A stretch of DNA of 64,000 nucleotides. Source: a virus. Both the position numbers and the translations under genes were made by a program. The notes beneath the pieces are model-generated. The model saw only the letters and a list, made by a program, of their open reading frames with translations. It was not told the DNA's origin and did no database searches. Shown one piece after another: positions 38,386 through 47,256 of the stretch (position 1 is its first letter; every line of letters begins with the position of its first letter). Location: positions 1 to 64,000 of IMG/VR virus record IMGVR_UViG_3300042691_032331; one strand, written 5' to 3'.

Positions 38386-38416
38386 GACCACTTCAAAGCA
38401 AACCACACAGCATCTT
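38178..38416. repeat. 33 bp direct repeat pair (38178-38210, 38384-38416)
   Basis: ATGACCAC(C/T)TCAAAGCAAACCACACAGCATCTT, one mismatch. Confidence 0.9.
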
Positions 38417-38585
38417 TTTTGTGTGCGAAATAATATACTCTATGCATTATACCTTTATCATAAGGCACATCCCAATCCCAATCTCTCTCATCTATATTAT
38501 CTTTAAGCCATGTTAAAAGTTTAGTAAAATGATCAGAACCTTTCCAAGGCATACTAACAGGAATATTACACCAATCTTGTTTCAT
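38382..38585 (-). CDS. small protein, F.L.W C-terminal family
   Basis: ends KDAVWFALKWS. Confidence 0.7.
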   Translation of the reverse strand: MKQDWCNIPVSMPWKGSDHFTKLLTWLKDNIDERDWDWDVPYDKGIMHRVYYFAHKKDAVWFALKWS

Positions 38586-38588
38586 TTG

Positions 38589-38843
38589 TTATTTCCAACG
38601 TAACATAAACCAAATATAATCTTCTTCGTATCTAAAAAATAAACTTCTAGCAATTAAAAACCAACGTGGATGCTCGCAATGCTCTAAACCAAAATTATCC
38701 TGTAACCAAGCATATGCTTCTCGACTGATACCGGTTGTCCTTACAATGATAAATTCTGTATCAGGGTTATTTTTTGGACGAGTTTTTTCAACTTCGTATA
38801 TCACAACTTCCTGCATCATAAATGTTTTTCTAATACAGCCCAA
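38589..38843 (-). CDS. small protein, F.L.W C-terminal family
   Basis: WL.DNFG...FRYEEDYIWFMLRWK. Confidence 0.7.
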   Translation of the reverse strand: MGCIRKTFMMQEVVIYEVEKTRPKNNPDTEFIIVRTTGISREAYAWLQDNFGLEHCEHPRWFLIARSLFFRYEEDYIWFMLRWK

Positions 38844-39211
38844 CCTAACATAGTCTCCGGCGTACTGTCATTATACCTAATTAGAAAATATCCATCTTCG
38901 TTATATCTAGCTTTCCATTTTATATATTCTTGATCATATAAGTTTTTCTTCATATGACGTAAAAAACTTATCGGATATTCAGATGGTTTATAAAGTTCAT
39001 CTGGATACACATTTGGATATTTTGTAGTTTCTTTTTTAGTAAGCAGATATATTATGTAATCTTTTTCCAAACTATCTTTTGTAATGGGAATAAAGGTTAC
39101 ACTATCATATAGTGTATCCTTATTCTTTTTGTTATAACTTTGAACCTGTTTTTTTATTTTTTGATAATCGTATTCACGTATTATAACTTTTCGTTTTAAT
39201 ATTTTATTCAT
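38816..39211 (-). CDS. hypothetical protein
   Basis: ORF in operon context. Confidence 0.6.
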   Translation of the reverse strand: MNKILKRKVIIREYDYQKIKKQVQSYNKKNKDTLYDSVTFIPITKDSLEKDYIIYLLTKKETTKYPNVYPDELYKPSEYPISFLRHMKKNLYDQEYIKWKARYNEDGYFLIRYNDSTPETMLGWAVLEKHL

Positions 39212-39594
39212 GCTTTACTAAGGTCTACAACATGCTTACAAGTCTTTCTAAAAGTAAAACCTGGACAAGTACAATCCCAACCTTTACTGTTTTTGGTCAC
39301 AATGTACTTGTTACCTTTACTACCAGATACTTCAAATACTTTTACATCTGTGTTAACATTAATCATTGACCCACTTAGTAGTTCAATGTCTTTTACAAAC
39401 TCCATATCGATAACACGAATTTTCATCGTATCATCACCTGTCATACAGAATTGCCTATCAGTTAACCATTTGTAACTAGGAACAACTGTGCCCTCAAACA
39501 CATTTACTTCTGGTTGAGGGGGAATCATACGAGGTCCCTGCACATAACGTACAGCGACCCTTACTTTGCTATCTTTAACTGGAACTTGTATCAT
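39208..39594 (-). CDS. SWIM zinc-finger protein
   Basis: GSKGNKY.V...CTCPGF.FRK.CKH; start re-set to MIQVPV. Confidence 0.85.
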   Translation of the reverse strand: MIQVPVKDSKVRVAVRYVQGPRMIPPQPEVNVFEGTVVPSYKWLTDRQFCMTGDDTMKIRVIDMEFVKDIELLSGSMINVNTDVKVFEVSGSKGNKYIVTKNSKGWDCTCPGFTFRKTCKHVVDLSKA

Positions 39595-39830
39595 TACATT
39601 ACATCCAATTGAATTTGTAGACCTTCCCAAGTACCAGCATGACCTGTGCAAGTACTTTCAATACCGTCGCCTGAACGATAGAATTCAAGTGCATCAAGTG
39701 CCTTTTGAGTAGCAGCATTGAATTGCGTAAATTGACCTACGCCCTCACGAATTTGTTTAGCAGTAGCATAGAAACATGCCTGACCATTGATGATGCGAAA
39801 TTTTTGGGATTGTTTGAAACGTTTAATCAT
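39594..39830 (-). CDS. hypothetical early protein
   Basis: AAGGAG RBS before MIKRF. Confidence 0.7.
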   Translation of the reverse strand: MIKRFKQSQKFRIINGQACFYATAKQIREGVGQFTQFNAATQKALDALEFYRSGDGIESTCTGHAGTWEGLQIQLDVM

Positions 39831-39840
39831 TATTATCTCC

Positions 39841-40056
39841 TTAGTAACCAATTGCTTCATAAACATATTCACGAACCGCAGTATCGGTAGCTTCTTCAAA
39901 ACCTTCTATAGTAGAAATCTTAGTTAACATATCATTTACTAGACTCCAAGATAAATTCATTTTCTTTGCACAAAACACAATACCGTCGATTACTGTATTA
40001 CCGTTGTCAGTAAACATACCGTAGTAGGGTTTTTCGTTGATAAGTAGTTCGTTCAT
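39841..40056 (-). CDS. hypothetical early protein
   Basis: start after module RBS; YGMFTD.GN...EATDTAVRE. Confidence 0.75.
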   Translation of the reverse strand: MNELLINEKPYYGMFTDNGNTVIDGIVFCAKKMNLSWSLVNDMLTKISTIEGFEEATDTAVREYVYEAIGY

Positions 40057-40062
40057 TTCTTG

Positions 40063-40115
40063 CTCCTTGTTATTGACTATACCGTTATTATATGCCCAAA
40101 CGGATTTATTGTCAA
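40063..40115 (-). promoter_or_regulatory. early promoter-leader module
   Basis: TTGACA-17-TATAAT then CGGTATAGTCAATAACAAGGAG. Confidence 0.85.
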
Positions 40116-40227
40116 CCAAAAAGTAGATCAGCCGCAACAAAGCCTAAATAAATAAAAGACAACGAGGTTATCAAAAGTATAACAGCAATAGTTGCTAAAC
40201 ATGCAATTTCTTCGGAAGTCAGTGTTT

Positions 40228-40455
40228 TCATATCAATTTGATAATAAGTCCAACAGTATAAATTACAAGAAGTGTTGCATTAATAACAATTAATGACCAC
40301 TCACGCCACATAATTGCTACAATAAGCCAGATGAATGCACCCAAATTAAGTAGTGCAGGTCCAGCTGGATAAATGTTAATACTTGTGCAAACAGCTCCAA
40401 CAATAGTTACAAAAGTTGCAAGCCATTTTAGATAGAATACTAGGTCTTTTTTCAT
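40228..40455 (-). CDS. small membrane protein
   Basis: three hydrophobic helices; LKW.AT, NIYP. Confidence 0.7.
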   Translation of the reverse strand: MKKDLVFYLKWLATFVTIVGAVCTSINIYPAGPALLNLGAFIWLIVAIMWREWSLIVINATLLVIYTVGLIIKLI

Positions 40456-40486
40456 ACCCGTATTCTATCAAAATAACCATTTATTG

Positions 40487-41077
40487 TCAAGTTCTATTTT
40501 TAATTACTTGATCAGCAAGTCCATAATCAACCGCTTCCTGAGCACTCATAAAAAAGTCACGTTCCATGTCTTTTTGTAGTTCTGGAAAAGTTTTGCCCTT
40601 GCTATTGTGGTTTACATAAATTTCTGTTAGACTGCGCTTCATCTGCAAGATTTCTTTTACTTGAATTTCCATATCAGTAGCTTGACCTCTTGCACCACCT
40701 GAAGGTTGATGAATCATGTGTCTTGCGTTAGGTAGAATAAAGCGTTTACCACTAGCACCGCTGTTAGCGAGAAGTGAACCCATGGAACAAGCTTGCCCCA
40801 TAACGATTGTGGAAACATCAGGCTTAACAAACTGCATAGCATCGTAAATAGCCATGCCAGCTGTAACACTGCCACCCGGGGAGTTGATATATAATTGAAT
40901 ATCTTTCGTATCATCTTCGCTTTCTAGGAACAATAATTGTGCTACAATTAGATTTGCCATTTGATCGTGTACTTCGCCCTCAAGCAAGATTACACGGTCA
41001 CGTAGCAAACGTGAATAAATGTCGTAACTACGCTCACCTTTACTGGTCTGCTCAACTACGATTGGTACTAAACTCAT
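40487..41077 (-). CDS. clpP: ATP-dependent Clp protease proteolytic subunit
   Basis: [15 protein letters not shown], catalytic S (CSMG), H (MIHQP), D (ERDFFM). Confidence 0.97.
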   Translation of the reverse strand: MSLVPIVVEQTSKGERSYDIYSRLLRDRVILLEGEVHDQMANLIVAQLLFLESEDDTKDIQLYINSPGGSVTAGMAIYDAMQFVKPDVSTIVMGQACSMGSLLANSGASGKRFILPNARHMIHQPSGGARGQATDMEIQVKEILQMKRSLTEIYVNHNSKGKTFPELQKDMERDFFMSAQEAVDYGLADQVIKNRT

Positions 41078-41119
41078 AAACTGTCCTTTTAATGATAAAT
41101 ATAAGATTGATATTATACT

Positions 41120-42256
41120 ATGAGATACAACGAATTTTCAAGACATTTGGTTGAAAGTGCCGACAAACCCAGAATAGAAACACTATTGCGTCAAATGGGT
41201 TACGAGGACCTTAAGGTAAATGGAAACAAGATTAATGTTCTTGTTCAGATACCAGACGGTCAAAAGAAGAATGATTTTCGTAGAGCGGTATTGGACGAAA
41301 TCTTGTCGGGCTTACAGAAAAAAGCAAGTGATACTAGCCCAGAATATAGCAGTGATGCATCACTAAGTAGTTTGGGTGGAATTATATTTGCTGATAGCCC
41401 AGTTAAGATTGTAGTTAAAGACACAGGAAAACAGGGTGAGAAAAGCGCAGGCGTAGCTAATGAATTAGAGTTAGCAAGTATATTACAAAGTGTTATTGAA
41501 AAATATGGCACAGCAAATATAATATTCAAAGACCCACGTGGTAAAACTATTAAAATCAAAAATGCTATTGAAGTCGATGTTGCGGGTCGTGATGTGAAAG
41601 ATCGTAAGAAAGCAGATGTAGTAATCAAAAGTGAAAGAAGTAATCTACCTGTAAGTATCAAAAAAGTAGATGCTGACATGTGGGAGAGTGCTGATAGCAT
41701 GTTTGGTGCTAGAGCAAAAAGAATATTAGATAAACTTATTGCAGATAAGATTGTTAAACTTGAAAAAGTAAAAGAACGAAAAACAAAAGAAGGTTCTATT
41801 CCTGTATACAAATTAAGCAAAGAGATTGTAATGGAACCAACTGAGGAAGAAGCAATGAACGCTATCTTTGGGTCAGATATTAATCCAAAAGGTGGAGTAG
41901 TAATTCAAACTTTCAAGCCAGAACATTTTACACAAGTAGAAAATAATGTAGAAGTTGATTGTCATGCTGTAATCACCAATAAGGAAGATATTCCTGAAAG
42001 CCATTTAATGGTGTGGATACTACGCAATGACAGTGACAGAAATAGTAAAGAACTTGGCTATGCAGGTATACGTCCATTAGGAGTCACACTAACAAGGGGC
42101 ATCGGAGCTAAAGGAACTAAGGACGTTATTCTAGTAGATGTTAATGGGAACGTAGTTGATAACCCTAACATCAAAAAAGATGACAAGAAAATGCAGAAAA
42201 ATCTACCTAAGCCCGAAGTTGGAAGTGAAGAAGCAACACGTAAAAAACGTGACTAG
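41120..42256 (+). CDS. hypothetical protein, PD-(D/E)xK nuclease-like
   Basis: G.ANE...KADVVI...VSIKK arrangement. Confidence 0.55.
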   Translation: MRYNEFSRHLVESADKPRIETLLRQMGYEDLKVNGNKINVLVQIPDGQKKNDFRRAVLDEILSGLQKKASDTSPEYSSDASLSSLGGIIFADSPVKIVVKDTGKQGEKSAGVANELELASILQSVIEKYGTANIIFKDPRGKTIKIKNAIEVDVAGRDVKDRKKADVVIKSERSNLPVSIKKVDADMWESADSMFGARAKRILDKLIADKIVKLEKVKERKTKEGSIPVYKLSKEIVMEPTEEEAMNAIFGSDINPKGGVVIQTFKPEHFTQVENNVEVDCHAVITNKEDIPESHLMVWILRNDSDRNSKELGYAGIRPLGVTLTRGIGAKGTKDVILVDVNGNVVDNPNIKKDDKKMQKNLPKPEVGSEEATRKKRD

Positions 42257-42747
42257 CATTTAAATAAGTCTTGATTACTAAACCAACGGCGCATACTATG
42301 CGCCGATTTTAATGGGATGTTGTATTGTTCTAATTTTTCTCTAAATCTAAAGAAAGTAGGACCATGACTCATTACTCCGTTCTTCCCCCAAAGTAATCTT
42401 TTAGGTGTCTCTATATCCCACTGATGTTGGTGAACCATTTCGTGTGCAATGATAGCTACCATCCATTGAGCACAAAAGAATTTGTCCATTAGTAATATAT
42501 CACAGTAGCTTCCAGATTTTTGCTGATCCCAATGCCCTACACACATTCCCCAATATTTTCTTCTGTATCCTGCAACTTCAATATTGGGTACGCTTAGTTC
42601 ACTATCAAATATTTCTTCATTTAATAGTTCATAGACATAATAAACTTCCGTAAGACTGGGACGAAACTCTAACCGCTTCTGGGAAGTCAGACTAGGAAGG
42701 GGAAATGACATTATTTCCTCCAGACAATATTTCGTCAACTTTGCCAT
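42253..42747 (-). CDS. SprT-like metalloprotease
   Basis: LN..IF...L, AHEMVH, HG..F. Confidence 0.85.
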   Translation of the reverse strand: MAKLTKYCLEEIMSFPLPSLTSQKRLEFRPSLTEVYYVYELLNEEIFDSELSVPNIEVAGYRRKYWGMCVGHWDQQKSGSYCDILLMDKFFCAQWMVAIIAHEMVHQHQWDIETPKRLLWGKNGVMSHGPTFFRFREKLEQYNIPLKSAHSMRRWFSNQDLFKC

Positions 42748-42811
42748 ATAAATATTTATTTAAAAAATAGCAAATATTCCAACCCTGTTAAATACTACAA
42801 AGGAGATTAAA

Positions 42812-43069
42812 ATGTTAGATTTCGTTAAAAAATTATTTGGATTTAGTACGTCAAAACCTACTGAGCCACAAGCGCCCTATAAAATAGAGCCTCAATTAAA
42901 CCCAGATAGTAATGTTATTAAAGTAGACGTTGGTAATTTGCAACCTGAGCAAGCAGTACAGGAAGTCGAAAAAGTAGTAGAAAAAGTGAAGAAGGAACGC
43001 ACTAAAAAAGCTACAATAAAATCCGAAGAAAACGTAGAAGTTAAAAAGAAGAAAAAACCTAGCAAATGA
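42812..43069 (+). CDS. hypothetical protein
   Basis: AAGGAG RBS, MLDFVKKLFG, Lys-rich tail. Confidence 0.7.
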   Translation: MLDFVKKLFGFSTSKPTEPQAPYKIEPQLNPDSNVIKVDVGNLQPEQAVQEVEKVVEKVKKERTKKATIKSEENVEVKKKKKPSK

Positions 43070-43437
43070 TGGTACCTAAGTTTCTTATTAAGATACCAGA
43101 AGTTACTTTACAGAATCCATGCCGTCTTAACATAGTAATTTTTGGTATGCTAGGAGCATGCCAAACTGCTCCGCCATCTGTACCCGTATCAGTGTTTTTA
43201 GAGCAAGGTGATACTCAACTTGTTATATCTGAAAAAATAACTAATCGTATAAGTGAAGAATTTATAAATCCTATATTTCAAGATAGAATTTTAACAAATA
43301 ATAATGATGGTACTATCACCATCCAATTAAGCGAAAAAGATAAAGTTATATATGAAAATGTAGGATGTGATGTAATTATAAACCAAATTGAAGATCAAGG
43401 TCTAAATTTTATAGTAGAAAGAATTGATAGTCAATAA
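43066..43437 (+). CDS. hypothetical protein
   Basis: ATGA overlap. Confidence 0.55.
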   Translation: MMVPKFLIKIPEVTLQNPCRLNIVIFGMLGACQTAPPSVPVSVFLEQGDTQLVISEKITNRISEEFINPIFQDRILTNNNDGTITIQLSEKDKVIYENVGCDVIINQIEDQGLNFIVERIDSQ

Positions 43438-43452
43438 AGTATAAAGTTCTTT

Positions 43453-43460
43453 TATAAATA
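43453..43460 (+). promoter_or_regulatory. T4-type late promoter
   Basis: exact TATAAATA 5 nt before ATG 43466. Confidence 0.6.
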
Positions 43461-43465
43461 CTAAT

Positions 43466-44164
43466 ATGATGATTTTTGGGTTTGACGTTATAAGTGACTT
43501 GAATCTTGGTCCAGATGATGAGTTTGACTGGACTAATAAACCTACCAGTCTATTTTGTGTTATTCCCGGTAACATATCAAGCGATCTTAGAACCATCTAC
43601 AAAACACTAAAACATTTAAGCACTATGTACCATGGTGTTTTTTACATTGATGGGTCACTAGAAATTACAGATATCTATGAACGTGATTTACGTGTTAAAG
43701 AATTACAAAAGATTTGTACCAACTTCAAAAATGTAATATATCTACATAACAATGTAGTAGTTGTTGACGGTGTAGCATTAGTGGGAATAAACGGCTGGTA
43801 CAATAATTATCTTAATAATTCAATTGTAGATGACTTCCATGCAAAATGCTTTAGATTCGATGACATTGGTTATTTAGAAAAGACCATAGAAAAACTACAA
43901 GTGCATCAAGAAGTTAAAGCAATAATTATAGTAAGCAACTGTGTGCCCTTCAAAGAACTATACTTTGGAGAATGTAATATGGGGGATGAAGATATTAACC
44001 CAGGCTATGTTCTTCACAAAGACACAGAACATAAAGTCAAGAAGTGGGTCTATGGGACTTATGATAAAATAGTTGATACCACTGTTAACGGTATCAACTA
44101 TATCAACAACAGTAAATTTAACAAAAATCCTTACTACGCAAAAAGAATAGAAATTGCTATTTAA
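43466..44164 (+). CDS. degenerate metallophosphoesterase-like protein
   Basis: fold-like spacing but SDLN, PGN, DGSLE, YGTYD replace the His/Asn ligand motifs. Confidence 0.7.
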   Translation: MMIFGFDVISDLNLGPDDEFDWTNKPTSLFCVIPGNISSDLRTIYKTLKHLSTMYHGVFYIDGSLEITDIYERDLRVKELQKICTNFKNVIYLHNNVVVVDGVALVGINGWYNNYLNNSIVDDFHAKCFRFDDIGYLEKTIEKLQVHQEVKAIIIVSNCVPFKELYFGECNMGDEDINPGYVLHKDTEHKVKKWVYGTYDKIVDTTVNGINYINNSKFNKNPYYAKRIEIAI

Positions 44165-44466
44165 GCTTCTGATTCAATTTTAATTTGTAGTGGGTAACCT
44201 TCACTACGTGCTTCTACTGTAACCTCAATGCCCTTTTGTTCAGCAATTTCATAGGGTAATACAGCAACAACAGCACTACCTGTTTCATGTATTCCGGATG
44301 TAATCGTAGCAGCGGTATCTACGGTATAATCAAAGTGTTCTATTAAACTTTTCACTACAAAATCCATTGTTGTATGATTATCATTTATATAGATGACCTT
44401 GAACATAGGAGGTTCACTAAGTTTGAAGTTTGGTTTAATTTTAGCTCTTGTTTCTGTTTGTGACAT
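44161..44466 (-). CDS. clpS: Clp protease adaptor
   Basis: KVIYINDNHTTMDFVV..L...F, IHETGSAVV, YEIAEQK, YPL. Confidence 0.9.
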   Translation of the reverse strand: MSQTETRAKIKPNFKLSEPPMFKVIYINDNHTTMDFVVKSLIEHFDYTVDTAATITSGIHETGSAVVAVLPYEIAEQKGIEVTVEARSEGYPLQIKIESEA

Positions 44467-44532
44467 TTTATACCCTTAGTTAGCGAGAGAGTAGTCGCCT
44501 ACTCTCTCTATTATTTAAGAACTTCTATTATA

Positions 44533-44973
44533 CTATTTATTGTAATTTATTGCAATCGTCTTTGGTTTCTTTTCTTCTGGAATTTTGCGTTCCAAATATA
44601 CGGTAAGAATACCATTTTTCATACTTGCATCAATTACTTCTACATGTTCATGTAGAGGGAATCTTAGGGTAAAACTTCTACGACTTAAACCTCTGTGAAT
44701 ATATTCCCAGTTTTCAGCGTCAACATTAACGTGATCACCCGAAATAGTTAATTTTCTCCCATCTACTGTTACAGTAAGTTCGCCTTCTTCAAAGCCTGCA
44801 ACAGCAACTTCAATAGTTACAGTATCTTCACCTGTACTAATTAAGTTGTATGGAGGGTAATTATTTGTTTGTGTGCTTGCTCGTATAATGTCATCAAACA
44901 ATGATTCAAAGCCGATTCCAAATCTACGAACTGTAGGAATGTCAATACTACGTAAAGTTAATTCTCTTGTCAT
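44533..44973 (-). CDS. small heat shock protein Hsp20 (IbpA-like)
   Basis: IGF, YPPYN, IEVAVAGF, Y.HRG.S.R.F, NGIL...IPEEKKP. Confidence 0.93.
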   Translation of the reverse strand: MTRELTLRSIDIPTVRRFGIGFESLFDDIIRASTQTNNYPPYNLISTGEDTVTIEVAVAGFEEGELTVTVDGRKLTISGDHVNVDAENWEYIHRGLSRRSFTLRFPLHEHVEVIDASMKNGILTVYLERKIPEEKKPKTIAINYNK

Positions 44974-45030
44974 TTTATATCTCCTTTAATAAGCAAGATT
45001 ATATAGGGCCCGCCCCATGCGGCACCCTAT
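44974..45030 (-). promoter_or_regulatory. ROSE-like RNA thermometer (hsp20 5' UTR)
   Basis: UCUUGCUU pairs with AAGGAGA with bulged G; upstream hairpin AUAGGG/CCCUAU. Confidence 0.75.
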
Positions 45031-45035
45031 TTTTA

Positions 45036-46925
45036 TTAAGCAGGTTCAGTTTCTTTAAACTCTGCATCAACCACGGTTTCATCCTTAGGTTGTTCTTTTT
45101 CAGCCTTTTCAGCTTCAAATTTCTTACCAGTGATAGGACCCATAGCTTGATACAAGTCAGTAACAGACTTATTAATTGCTTCAACGTCCTCACCCTTCAA
45201 TGCTTCTTCTACACCTTTAAGTGCATCTTCTGCCTTTTGTTTTTCTTCAGGTGTAACTTGATCACCGTACTTTTCAACGTCCTGTTTAAAACCGTTGTAT
45301 GTTGACTCAGCACCATTACGTGCATTAATCAACTCAACTTGTTTTTTGTCATTTTCTGCATTTTCTTCTGCTTCTTTGACCATACGTTGAATTTCTTGTT
45401 CATTCAAACCTGAATCAGATTTAATTGTGATTTTATTTTCTTTACCTGAATCTTTATCTTTTGCACTGATATGCATGATACCATTTGCATCAATATCAAA
45501 GGTAACTTCAATTTGAGGCAATCCGCGTGGTGCAGGACGAATTCCTTCAAGATTAAACTCACCTAATTGTTTGTTATATTGATAAAGTTCACGCTCACCT
45601 TGTGCAACTTTAATTGTTACAGCAGGTTGATTATCTTGTGCTGTACTAAATGTTTGACTAGCCTTTGTAGGAATAGTAGTATTCTTATTGATTACTTTTG
45701 TGAATACACCGCCTAGTGTTTCAATACCAAGACTCAATGGTGTAACATCAAGTAGCAATACATCTTTACGATCACCTGCAAGAACTGCACCTTGTACCGC
45801 AGCACCAACTGCAACTGCTTCATCAGGATTTACATCACGACGAGGTGCCTTACCAAAAAGTTTTTCAACTTCTTCTTGTACTTTAGGCATACGTGTCATA
45901 CCACCAACGAGGATGACTTCATCAATATCACTAGAATTTACATTTGCATCACGCATTGCAGTTTTGCAAGGTTCAATACTGCGTTGGATAAGTTCATCAA
46001 CTAATGATTCAAGTTTAGCACGTGTTACTTTAACATTAAGATGTTTAGGTCCAGTTGCATCGGCAGTAATGTAAGGTAAGTTTACATCTGTTTGTTGTGT
46101 ACTTGATAGTTCAATCTTACATTTTTCAGCCGCATCTTTCAATCGTTGCAATGCTAATACATCTTTTGTTAAATCAACGCCAGTTTCTTTTTTAAATTCA
46201 TCGACAAGGTAATCCATAATGCGTTGGTCAAAATCTTCACCACCTAAGAATGTATCACCATTCGTAGACAATACTTCGATTTGCTTATCACCATCGACAT
46301 TTGCGATTTCAATTATACTAATATCAAATGTTCCTCCACCAAGGTCATATACTGCAACCTTGCGGTCCTTCTTGTCAGCCTTATCTACACCGTAAGCTAG
46401 TGCAGCAGCAGTTGGCTCATTAATAATTCTTAAAACTTCTAAACCTGCAATTTTACCTGCATCTTTAGTTGCTTGACGTTGGCTATCATTGAAATATGCT
46501 GGTACTGTAATAACTGCTTTAGTAACTTCTTCGCCTAAATAATCCTCAGCAGTTTTCTTCATCTTACGTAAAACTTCTGCACTAATCTGAGGAGGTGCAT
46601 ATTTCCTATCATCGACTTGAACCCATGCATCACCATTATCGTTTTCAACAATGGTATATGGCATAAGATCAATATCTTTTTGTACTGCTTCTTCTTTAAA
46701 TTTACGCCCAATTAAGCGTTTAGAAGCATAGATAGTTTTCTTTGGATTTGTTACTGCTTGACGTTTTGCGCTTGCACCCACAAGAACTTCATCAGGTGTA
46801 TATGCTACAATACTAGGTGTAGTTCTAGCACCTTCACTGTTTTCAATTACTTTTGGATTTCCGTTTTCAATAACGGCTACGCATGAATTTGTGGTACCCA
46901 AATCGATACCGATGACTTTGCTCAT
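45036..46925 (-). CDS. dnaK: Hsp70 chaperone
   Basis: [46 protein letters not shown]-terminus. Confidence 0.98.
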   Translation of the reverse strand: MSKVIGIDLGTTNSCVAVIENGNPKVIENSEGARTTPSIVAYTPDEVLVGASAKRQAVTNPKKTIYASKRLIGRKFKEEAVQKDIDLMPYTIVENDNGDAWVQVDDRKYAPPQISAEVLRKMKKTAEDYLGEEVTKAVITVPAYFNDSQRQATKDAGKIAGLEVLRIINEPTAAALAYGVDKADKKDRKVAVYDLGGGTFDISIIEIANVDGDKQIEVLSTNGDTFLGGEDFDQRIMDYLVDEFKKETGVDLTKDVLALQRLKDAAEKCKIELSSTQQTDVNLPYITADATGPKHLNVKVTRAKLESLVDELIQRSIEPCKTAMRDANVNSSDIDEVILVGGMTRMPKVQEEVEKLFGKAPRRDVNPDEAVAVGAAVQGAVLAGDRKDVLLLDVTPLSLGIETLGGVFTKVINKNTTIPTKASQTFSTAQDNQPAVTIKVAQGERELYQYNKQLGEFNLEGIRPAPRGLPQIEVTFDIDANGIMHISAKDKDSGKENKITIKSDSGLNEQEIQRMVKEAEENAENDKKQVELINARNGAESTYNGFKQDVEKYGDQVTPEEKQKAEDALKGVEEALKGEDVEAINKSVTDLYQAMGPITGKKFEAEKAEKEQPKDETVVDAEFKETEPA

Positions 46926-46988
46926 ATTGTATTCTCCTTAAAATTAAGCAAGATTTTTACTGTAGACCTGTTTACAGCAGCATCTACA
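46926..46988 (-). promoter_or_regulatory. ROSE-like RNA thermometer (dnaK 5' UTR)
   Basis: same UCUUGCUU/AAGGAGA hairpin; upstream hairpin UGUAGA/UCUACA. Confidence 0.7.
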
Positions 46989-47037
46989 TGTACTTATCTA
47001 TTCTACACGACTGCGTAAAATAATATAATATTATTGG

Positions 47038-47256
47038 TTAAAATTGTTTTGGGGGCAATTGCTGATCACGCAAAAATTTACGCCAGCGACTTCTTGCCTG
47101 ACCTTTCTTCATTTTGCGTTTAGTTGTTGGTTTTACATATTCCATACGATCACGTACTTCCTGTAGTATTCCAGATTCTGTGACTTTTTTCTTTAACTTT
47201 CGTAGGGCTTTCTCTACATTACCGTCTGTTACTATAATTTTTCGTCCTGATATCAT
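47038..47256 (-). CDS. rpsU: 30S ribosomal protein bS21
   Basis: NVEKALRKLKKKV..SG...E...R.EY.KPTTKRK. Confidence 0.9.
   Translation of the reverse strand: MISGRKIIVTDGNVEKALRKLKKKVTESGILQEVRDRMEYVKPTTKRKMKKGQARSRWRKFLRDQQLPPKQF

Noticed and set aside
40180-40197. Possible fourth CAGCAA unit (TAACAGCAATAGTTGCT)
   Set aside because: No flanking GGAT/ATCC 7-bp stem; only a short local hairpin.
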